From assembly GCA_035708865.1 (NCBI GenBank), contig DASTFF010000001.1:4333-68332 (forward strand): a stretch of 64,000 bases of DNA, read 5' to 3'. Source of the stretch: Gemmatimonadota bacterium. GTDB taxonomy: Bacteria; Gemmatimonadota; Gemmatimonadetes; JACCXV01; JAHWKZ01. The notes under the pieces were generated by a model. It did no database searches. It was given only the letters and a program-made list of their open reading frames with translations, and was not told where the DNA came from. How positions within the stretch are numbered: the stretch's first letter is position 1; each line of letters starts with the position of its first letter. The position numbers were made by a program, and so were the translations under genes. This document shows positions 51,417-58,795 of this stretch, piece after piece.

Positions 51417-52170
51417 CCGGACCTCCGCCCAGCGCCTCGACCAGCCCGCGGACTTCGGGGTGGCTCGAGGCCAGGAACTCCGCCGGCGGGGCGATCTCCG
51501 CCAGCCCGTCCTCGGTGAGCAGGCCGACCCGGCCGCCCAGCGCGAGCGCCTCGCGCAGGTCGTGGGTGACGAACAGGGCCGCCTTTTCCAGCCGTTGGAC
51601 GAGCTGCCGGAACTCCTGCTGGAGATCGGCCCTCGTCAGGGGATCCAGGGCGCCGAACGGCTCGTCGAGGAGAAGCAGCGGCGGGTCGGCGGCGAGCGCC
51701 CGGGCCACCCCTACCCGCTGCCGCTGGCCGCCCGAGAGCTCGTGCGGGTAACGCCGGCCGAACTCGCCGGCCGGCAGCCCCACCAGCTCGAGGAGCTCGG
51801 CCGTCCGCTCATCGATCCGGATCCGCTCCCATCCCAGCAGGTCCGGCACCAGACCCACGTTGCCGGCCACCGTGAGGTGCGGGAACAGCCCGACCTCCTG
51901 GATCACGTAACCGGTCCGCCGTCGCAGCGCCACGGGGTCCCAGTCGGTCGTGGGGCGCCCGGCGACGCGGACTACTCCCGCTGCCGGATCGAGGAGCCGG
52001 TTCACCAGCTTGAGGAGGGTCGTCTTGCCGACCCCCGAGCGGCCCACGAGGACAACCGTCTCGTCGGTCCCGACGGCCAGCGTGAGGCCCGCGAACAGGA
52101 CGCGCCCGTCGGGGAGCGAGAACGCCACTTGGTCGAACTCGACCGCCGGGGCCGCGGAGTCCGCCGACAA
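51409..52170 (-). CDS. Osmoprotectant-type ABC transporter ATP-binding protein
   Basis: GRSGVGKTT, GYVIQEVGLFPH, LSGGQRQRVGVARALA, LDEPFGALD. Confidence 0.95.
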   Translation of the reverse strand: MSADSAAPAVEFDQVAFSLPDGRVLFAGLTLAVGTDETVVLVGRSGVGKTTLLKLVNRLLDPAAGVVRVAGRPTTDWDPVALRRRTGYVIQEVGLFPHLTVAGNVGLVPDLLGWERIRIDERTAELLELVGLPAGEFGRRYPHELSGGQRQRVGVARALAADPPLLLLDEPFGALDPLTRADLQQEFRQLVQRLEKAALFVTHDLREALALGGRVGLLTEDGLAEIAPPAEFLASSHPEVRGLVEALGGGPGG

Positions 52171-52221
52171 CGAAGCGGGTGGGGGGTTCGCGTACGACGA
52201 TGAGCCATGCTGAGCGATCCG

Positions 52222-52229
52222 TTAATATA
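52222..52229. promoter_or_regulatory. AT-rich overlapping divergent -10 elements
   Basis: TTAATATA reads TAATAT on + (8 nt before the egtD-egtB ATG) and TATATT on - (towards the ABC genes). Confidence 0.45.
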
Positions 52230-52236
52230 GGGCCCC

Positions 52237-54588
52237 ATGGCGGGCACCACCCGACCGGTCGCCCTCCCGGCGGCCGACCTTCGAGCCCCCGCCTTCGTCG
52301 AACGTGCCGGCGAGGGCTGGGTGGTGTTCGTCGATGCGACGCCCACCACCGCCGAGGCATTCGCCCACTCCGTCGCGCGCGGGCTCTCGGACCATCCCCG
52401 ATGGCTTCATTGCAGGTATCTCTACGACGAAACCGGGGGCGAGCTGTTCGGGCGGATCACCGAGCAGCCCGAATACTACCTGACACGGGCGGAGACCGAG
52501 ATCCTCGCGCGCCAGTCGGACGCGATCCGCGCGGCCGCGGGACCGGTGCCCCTCGTCGAGCTGGGCGCCGGCATGGCGATCAAGACCCGCCATCTGCTCG
52601 CGGCGTGGGACCGGGCCGGTGGGCCGGTCGAGTACGTCCCCGTGGACATCGACGCGTCCGTACTTACCGCGGCCGCCCAACGGCTGGCGGAGGAGTTTCC
52701 GGGGATCACGATCACCGGCCTAGCGACCTCGTACGAGCGCGGCCTGGACCTGATCGAAGGGCGCTCCCCGCTGTGTCTCGTCTTTCTGGGCTCGACGATC
52801 GGCAACTTCAATCCCGAGGAGACCGACGCCTTCCTGACCCGGCTCCGGGATGCCCTTTCGCCCGGGGACCGGCTGCTGCTGGGCGTCGACCTGGTCAAGC
52901 CGGTCGAGGAACTCGAGGCCGCCTACAACGATGCCGCCGGCGTGAGCCGCGAGTTCACCCGCAACCTCTTCCAGCGGATGAACCGGGACCTGGGCACCGC
53001 GATCCCGCTGGAAGCGATCGACCACGTCGCTTACTGGAACGACCGCCTCGAGCGGATCGAGATCTACGCCCAGGCACGGCGCGCCGTGAACGTAGAGCTG
53101 GCCTCGATCCAGCGGCGTTTTCGCATCGCGGCCGGCGAGATGGTCCTCACCGAGATCAGTCGCAAGTATCGGCTCGACGGCGTCGAGTCGGACTTCGCGC
53201 GGTTCGGTTTCAAGCTGGAACAGTCGTTCACCGACTCCGGCAGCCGGTTCGGTCTGCTCCTCTTCCGGCTCATCGATCCCGGCGCACGGCCGGACCAGGT
53301 GACCCGTCTGGCGGCAACGCTGCAGCGGGTACGCCGCCGTACGCTCGAGCTGATCGACGCGCTCGACGACGAGCGGCTCCGGCGGCAGGAGCTTTCGATC
53401 CTGAGCCCGATCGCGTGGGACCTCGGCCACATCGCCGAGTTCGAGGAGCTGTGGCTCGTGGATACGATCGACGCGCTGCTGACCGGCGGCGATCCATCCC
53501 GACTGTCTCCCGAATACGACGCCATCCGGACACCGCGGAGCGAGCGTGGCCATCTCCCGTTTCCCGCGCGGGGGGAGATCCTGGAGCGGCTCGAGCGCGT
53601 CCGGAAGGAGGCCCTGCGCCGGCTGCGCGCCATCGATCTGGCGGGCCATCCGCTCCTCGAACACGGGTTCGTCTACCACCTCCTGGCACAGCACGAGGCG
53701 CAGCACCAGGAGACGTTCCTGCAGGCGATCGCGCGGATGGCGGACCTGGCCTACGAGCCCGCTTTCCGCGAGCCCACCCCGCGCCCCTCGCTCCCGCCCG
53801 ATACCGACATGGTCCTCGTCGGCGAGGGTCCGTTTCCGGTCGGCGCCGCGCGCATCGCGGAGGCCTACGACAACGAGCGGCCGGTGACCCGGGTCGACGT
53901 GGACGCCTTCTGGATCGACGCCGCCCCGGTCACCAACGGCGTCTACCTCGCGTTCATGGAGGCCGGTGGCTACGAGCGCCGCGACGCGTGGAGCGACGAG
54001 GGATGGGCGTGGCGGGAGAAACACGCCGTCCGGTACCCGCTCGGCTGGCGGCGGGACGAGGGCGGCTGGGTCGACGTCCAGTTCGGCCACGTCGAGCCGC
54101 TCGTCCCCGCGCGGCCGGTCCAGCACGTCTCGTGGTACGAGGCCGACGCCTGCGCGCGCTGGCTGGGCAAGCGGCTCCCGACCGAGATCGAGTGGGAGAA
54201 GGCCGCGGCCTGGGATCCCGAGGTCCGGGTCCCGCGGCGCTACCCGTGGGGAGACGCCCAGCCCGACGCGCGCTGCGCCAACCTGGACGCCCGCACGTTC
54301 GCGCCGGCTCCCGTAGGTGCGTATCCGCGCGGCCGATCCTTCTACGGCTGCCATCAGATGCTGGGCGATGTCTGGGAGTGGACGGCGAGCGAGTTCCTTC
54401 CCTATCCCGGCTTCGAGGCGTTCCCCTACCCGGAGTACTCGGAGGCCCACTTCGGCAAGGGGTACCGGGTGCTGCGCGGCGGCTCGTGGGCGACCGCCGC
54501 GATCGTGGCGCGCAACTCGTTCCGTAACTGGGACCTTCCCGAGCGCCGCCAGATCTTTGCCGGGTTCCGCTGCGCCCGGGACGCGTGA
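52237..54588 (+). CDS. Fused histidine N-alpha-methyltransferase (EgtD-like) and hercynine sulfoxide synthase (EgtB-like)
   Basis: N-terminal: YLYDETGGELF, PEYYLTRAE, VELGAG, FLGSTIGNF, AYND, TEISRKY. C-terminal: SPIAWDLGH, HEAQHQET, DNERP, RLPTEIEWE, PYPEYS, FRNWDLPERRQIFAGFR. Confidence 0.92.
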   Translation: MAGTTRPVALPAADLRAPAFVERAGEGWVVFVDATPTTAEAFAHSVARGLSDHPRWLHCRYLYDETGGELFGRITEQPEYYLTRAETEILARQSDAIRAAAGPVPLVELGAGMAIKTRHLLAAWDRAGGPVEYVPVDIDASVLTAAAQRLAEEFPGITITGLATSYERGLDLIEGRSPLCLVFLGSTIGNFNPEETDAFLTRLRDALSPGDRLLLGVDLVKPVEELEAAYNDAAGVSREFTRNLFQRMNRDLGTAIPLEAIDHVAYWNDRLERIEIYAQARRAVNVELASIQRRFRIAAGEMVLTEISRKYRLDGVESDFARFGFKLEQSFTDSGSRFGLLLFRLIDPGARPDQVTRLAATLQRVRRRTLELIDALDDERLRRQELSILSPIAWDLGHIAEFEELWLVDTIDALLTGGDPSRLSPEYDAIRTPRSERGHLPFPARGEILERLERVRKEALRRLRAIDLAGHPLLEHGFVYHLLAQHEAQHQETFLQAIARMADLAYEPAFREPTPRPSLPPDTDMVLVGEGPFPVGAARIAEAYDNERPVTRVDVDAFWIDAAPVTNGVYLAFMEAGGYERRDAWSDEGWAWREKHAVRYPLGWRRDEGGWVDVQFGHVEPLVPARPVQHVSWYEADACARWLGKRLPTEIEWEKAAAWDPEVRVPRRYPWGDAQPDARCANLDARTFAPAPVGAYPRGRSFYGCHQMLGDVWEWTASEFLPYPGFEAFPYPEYSEAHFGKGYRVLRGGSWATAAIVARNSFRNWDLPERRQIFAGFRCARDA

Positions 54589-54589
54589 G

Positions 54590-55603
54590 GTGAGCGGGCC
54601 GGCCGGGCCGGGCGACCTGGCGCGGCGGCTGGCCCGCCTGCCACTGGAGATCGAGAGCCATTCGGTCGAGCTGGGCTCCGTCCCGCTGGCCGGCTACTAC
54701 GACGGCGCCGAGCGCCCGACCGGGGTGGTCGGGATGGCCGGCCGGGGCCACGTCGGCCGCGGGGAAAACGTCGACTGGACACCGGCCGGGCAGGAGCGGT
54801 TCGCGGCCGTCTGCCGGGAGGTGGTCCAGGACGCCCTCCCGGCGGGGCCGACCACGCTGGGGGCGGTCGGTGCGGCGCTCACCCGCTCGCGTGCCCATCC
54901 CCACCACCGGGCGGCCCTCGAGGCGGCGGCCCTCGATCTCGCGCTCCGGCTGGCCGGTCTCGACCTCTTCCAGCTGAGCGGTCGGCAGCCCCGGGCGGTC
55001 CGCACCTGCCGCTCGATCGGCCGGGAGGAGATCGCCCGGGCGGGACCCCTGACCGCGGTCCTGGCCCTTCTCGCCCGCGAGCCGGACGCCCGGGTCAAGA
55101 TCGACGGCCCCGCCGGTGGATGGCCCGAGGACCTGTGGAGACGGCTGGCCGGGACGGGGCGGGTGGTCGTCGTCGACTTCAAGCGCGAGGGGACGGCCGA
55201 GCAGGTCGCGCTCGCCCACCGCTTCCTGCCCGGCGCCTGGATCGAGGACCCGCCCGCCGACCTCCTCGGACAGGCGGGGGCCGGGTCCTGGCTCTCACGC
55301 CTCGCGCTGGACGGGTACGTGGCGGCGGCTTCCGACCTCGACGCGCCGCCGGCCCCGCCGGCCGCCGTCAACGTGAAGCCCGCCCGGGTCGGGGGTCCCT
55401 GCGAGGCGCTGGCGATCCTCGAGCGGTGCCGGAGCTCGGGTTGGAGCGCCTACTTCGGCGGGATGTTCGAGGTCGACGTGGGCCGGCGGCAAGCGCAGGT
55501 CTTGGCTTCGCTGTTCACGGCCGGGGCGTGGAACGATCTGGCCCCGCTCACCGGGCCGTCCGGCCAGGACGGCGTTCCGGCCGGGGGGCCGGGGTTCGGC
55601 TGA
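54590..55603 (+). CDS. Divergent enolase-superfamily (OSBS/N-acylamino-acid racemase-like) protein
   Basis: Capping domain GRGE and AALEAAALDL; barrel motifs VKID, VDFK, IEDP, LALD, NVKP, FGGMFE. GTG start 1 nt after the upstream stop. Confidence 0.75.
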   Translation: MSGPAGPGDLARRLARLPLEIESHSVELGSVPLAGYYDGAERPTGVVGMAGRGHVGRGENVDWTPAGQERFAAVCREVVQDALPAGPTTLGAVGAALTRSRAHPHHRAALEAAALDLALRLAGLDLFQLSGRQPRAVRTCRSIGREEIARAGPLTAVLALLAREPDARVKIDGPAGGWPEDLWRRLAGTGRVVVVDFKREGTAEQVALAHRFLPGAWIEDPPADLLGQAGAGSWLSRLALDGYVAAASDLDAPPAPPAAVNVKPARVGGPCEALAILERCRSSGWSAYFGGMFEVDVGRRQAQVLASLFTAGAWNDLAPLTGPSGQDGVPAGGPGFG

Positions 55604-55625
55604 GCGGGTCCAGTGGTTTCGCCGC

Positions 55626-57200
55626 TCACCCGCGGCGCGCGAGGATCGCGGCCGCCGCCAGGCGTCCGGAGACGCCGGTGACCGCGCCCGCCGGGTGGGT
55701 GCCCGGGCCGCACAGGTAGAGCCCTTCGATGGGGGTCCCATACCGGCCCCAGCCGGGCACCGGGCGCATGAAGAGGAGCTGGTCGAGCGCCAGCTCCCCG
55801 TGGTGGGGATCCCCGCGGGTCAGTCGGTAGCGCGTCTCGAGGTCGGCCGGCGTCAGGACCCGCCTTTCGAGGATCGCCCCGGGGAGGTTGGGGGCGTGCT
55901 CGGCGAGTAGCTCGACCACGCGGTCCCCCATCGCGCCGGCCAGATCGGGCTCGGGAGCCGGGTGGTCTCCGAGCGGGACGAAACGTGCGTCGATCGACAT
56001 CACGTGCCGACCGGAAGGGGCCACCGAGGGGTCGGCGAGCGACGGGATACGCGCCTCCAGTACGGGGCGCCCCGACATCCGTCCGTGCTTGGCGTCATCG
56101 TACGCCCGCTCCACCGCATCCAGCTCCGGCGCGATCACCAGCGACCCCTGCGGTTCCACGTCGAGGCCTTCGAACCGCGGCGCCTCGGCCAGCGCCAGGT
56201 GGACTCGGACATAGCCGCCGCGGAAGCGGATCTGCCGGACCGCGTGGACGAAGTCGGGATCCAGGTGCCGGGCGCCCGTGAGGTCGAGAAAGGTGCGCGC
56301 GGGGTCCGCTCCCGACAGGACCCATCCGGCCGCGATCACCTCTCCGCCGTCCAGCGACACGCCGACCGCGCGACCCTCCTCGACCTCGATCGCGGCCACC
56401 TCCGCCCCGCACCGGACCTGGACCCCGCGCTCCTTCGCAGCCGCCGTCAGCGCCGCCGCGAGCGCGCCCACTCCCCCCCGCACCACGGTGCGCGGGCCGA
56501 ACGTCCCGGCCGGGCTTCCGACCTGGCGGTGGAGGAGCGCCAGCGACGTGCCCGGCGAGCGCGGGCCCTGGAAGACCCCGCGCACCGACAGCGCTCCCAG
56601 CGCGCCCTTCAGTAGATCGTTTTCGAAGCAGTCGTCGAGGAGATCGTAGGCGGGAAGCGGAAGCACGCGGAGCAGCTCGATCATCCGTGACCGTCCGAGC
56701 GAGCGGATCCGGCGGCCGACGCCGAAATACGGAAGCATCTCGCGGAGCGGCCCCGCCGGCCGGGCGGGGGGCCGCATCGCGACCGCCTCGAGGATACCCG
56801 AGAACGAAGCGATCCGGCCGGCGAACCCCATCCACCGCTCGGCGTCGCGGGGCGAACGTCTGGCGATCGAGGCGCGCGTCGCTTGCGGGTCGCGCCACAG
56901 GACCAGGGGCTCCCCGCCCGCCGCCGGGGCGGCGAGAACGGGATCGGGTCGTAGCTCGGCCAGGCCGTGCCTGGCGAGCCCCAGCCCGTTGACGATCGCC
57001 GGAGGCAGGTGGCCGGCGTCCGGGTGGACGGGGTCGATGCGGAAGCCGGGCAGGATCTCCTCGGAGGCGGCCTGCCCGCCCGGGACCTCGCCCGGCTCGA
57101 GCACCGTCACGCCCAGTCCCGCCTGCGCCAGCTCGAGGGCCGCGACCAGCTCCTCGATGCCGGATCCGATCACGACCACGTCCCGCCGGCCCCCGCTCAC
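55626..57200 (-). CDS. Phytoene-dehydrogenase-like NAD(P)/FAD oxidoreductase, second copy (degenerate dinucleotide motif)
   Basis: VVVIGSGIEE, RSPGT, RAYDDAK, TPADLE, LDQLLFMRP, LYLCGPGTHP. Confidence 0.88.
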   Translation of the reverse strand: MSGGRRDVVVIGSGIEELVAALELAQAGLGVTVLEPGEVPGGQAASEEILPGFRIDPVHPDAGHLPPAIVNGLGLARHGLAELRPDPVLAAPAAGGEPLVLWRDPQATRASIARRSPRDAERWMGFAGRIASFSGILEAVAMRPPARPAGPLREMLPYFGVGRRIRSLGRSRMIELLRVLPLPAYDLLDDCFENDLLKGALGALSVRGVFQGPRSPGTSLALLHRQVGSPAGTFGPRTVVRGGVGALAAALTAAAKERGVQVRCGAEVAAIEVEEGRAVGVSLDGGEVIAAGWVLSGADPARTFLDLTGARHLDPDFVHAVRQIRFRGGYVRVHLALAEAPRFEGLDVEPQGSLVIAPELDAVERAYDDAKHGRMSGRPVLEARIPSLADPSVAPSGRHVMSIDARFVPLGDHPAPEPDLAGAMGDRVVELLAEHAPNLPGAILERRVLTPADLETRYRLTRGDPHHGELALDQLLFMRPVPGWGRYGTPIEGLYLCGPGTHPAGAVTGVSGRLAAAAILARRG

Positions 57201-58795
57201 CACCTCCCGCCCCCCTGCGCGAGGACGGCGCGCGCCGCCAGGTGGCCGCTCGCGCCCATGACCCCACCACCCGGGTGCGTCCCCGAGCCGCACTGGTAGT
57301 AGCCGCGAATGGGAGTCGTGTGGCCGGCCCACGCCGGAGCCGGCCTCAGGAAGAAGAGCTGGCTCAGCGCCAGCTCGCCCTGGAAGATGTTCCCCTCCGA
57401 GAGCCCCGTTACGGTCTCGATGTCGGCCGGCGTGATCACCTGGCGATGGAGGATGGCGGAGCGGACGTTGGGCGCGTACTCGGCCAGAGTGTCGATCACC
57501 GCGTCGCCGAACGCCTCGCGGCTCCGGTCGTCCCAACCCCCGTTCCGGTGATACGGAGCGTATTGGACGAAGATCGACATGACGTGCTTCCCCGGCGGCG
57601 CCATGCCGGGATCGATGAGCGACGGGATCACGATGTCGAGGAAGGGACGGCGGGAGAACTCGCCGTACTTGGCGTCGTCGTAGGCGCGCTCGAGGTAGTC
57701 CACCCCGGGCGCGATTGCGATCGCCCCCCGCAGGTGGGGCCCGTCGCCGGGAAGCGCCGTGAAGTCGGGCGGCTCGGACAGCGCCAGGTTGACCTTGCCC
57801 GACGAACCGCGGAAGCGGAACCGCCGGACGGCCTCCACGAGCTCGTCGGGGAGCTCCGCCGGCTCGACCAGCTCGAGGAACGTGCGCCGCGGATCGAGAC
57901 CCGAGATCACGGCCCGCGCGCGGATCTCCTCCCCATCGTCCAGGACCACTCCCGCCGCCCGTCCGTTCTCGACGAGGACCTGCCGGACAGGGGCGTCGGT
58001 CCGGATCTCGGCCCCGAAGCTCCGCGCCGCTGAAGCGATGGCATCGCTGACCGCGCCGGTCCCGCCACGGGCGAACCCCCAGGCCCGGAACACCCCGTCG
58101 ATCTCCCCCATGTAGTGATGGAGGAGGACGTAGGCCGTTCCCGGCGAGCGGGGTCCGAGGAAGGTCCCGATGATGCCGCTCGCCGACTTGGCCGCCTTGA
58201 GAGGCTCGCTCTCGAACCATTCCGCCAGGTAATCCGCCGAACTCATCGTCATGAGCTTGACGAGCGCGTGGAGGTCCCGCTCGCCGAGGCCGCGGAAATG
58301 CCGTGCCAGCCGGCCCATCGCCAGGAGATCCCGCGGCCGCCATGAGGCGGGGTCGGGTGGCGAGACGCTCAGCAGCGGCTTGACCGCCATCGCCATCCGC
58401 TGCATGAGCCGGCCGAACTCCAGGTACGCGTCGGCGTCGCGCGGAGAATGGCGGTACAGCTCGCGCCGCGTCGCGTCGGGGTCGGCCCACGTCGCCAGAT
58501 AGTCGCCGTCCGGGAGTGGGTTGAACGTGCTCTCGAGCGGAACGATGTGAAGACCGTGGCCGGGCAAATCGAGGTCGCGGATAATCTCCGGCCGGAGCAG
58601 GCTCACGACGTACGAGAAGACCGAGAAGCGGAAGCCCGGGAACACCTCCTCGGTGACCGCCGCTCCCCCCACCACCGGACGGCGCTCGAGGACCAGGACC
58701 CGGCGGCCGGCACGGGCGAGATACGCCGCGCAGACGAGGCCGTTGTGGCCCCCGCCCACCACCACGTCGTCCCAAACCGCGGCGGGCGACGTCAC
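57197..58795 (-). CDS. Phytoene-dehydrogenase-like NAD(P)/FAD oxidoreductase (PYROXD2-like), first copy
   Basis: VVVGGGHNGL, GGAAVTEE, SYVVSLL, PGTAYVLLHH, GNIFQG, CGSGTHPGGGVMG. Confidence 0.92.
   Translation of the reverse strand: MTSPAAVWDDVVVGGGHNGLVCAAYLARAGRRVLVLERRPVVGGAAVTEEVFPGFRFSVFSYVVSLLRPEIIRDLDLPGHGLHIVPLESTFNPLPDGDYLATWADPDATRRELYRHSPRDADAYLEFGRLMQRMAMAVKPLLSVSPPDPASWRPRDLLAMGRLARHFRGLGERDLHALVKLMTMSSADYLAEWFESEPLKAAKSASGIIGTFLGPRSPGTAYVLLHHYMGEIDGVFRAWGFARGGTGAVSDAIASAARSFGAEIRTDAPVRQVLVENGRAAGVVLDDGEEIRARAVISGLDPRRTFLELVEPAELPDELVEAVRRFRFRGSSGKVNLALSEPPDFTALPGDGPHLRGAIAIAPGVDYLERAYDDAKYGEFSRRPFLDIVIPSLIDPGMAPPGKHVMSIFVQYAPYHRNGGWDDRSREAFGDAVIDTLAEYAPNVRSAILHRQVITPADIETVTGLSEGNIFQGELALSQLFFLRPAPAWAGHTTPIRGYYQCGSGTHPGGGVMGASGHLAARAVLAQGGGRW

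Noticed and set aside
52237-54588. Selenoneine synthase SenA or ovothiol synthase OvoA, prompted by selB in the window
   Set aside because: No senB or senC/selD neighbours are present. The motifs (SPIAWDLGH, RNWD..RRQIF) fit type I EgtB, and OvoA carries a different methyltransferase at its C-terminus.
55626-58795. Carotenoid desaturases (crtI/crtO)
   Set aside because: There is no phytoene synthase or cyclase nearby, and the genes are coupled to a GcvT-like gene, so the family name is likely misleading.
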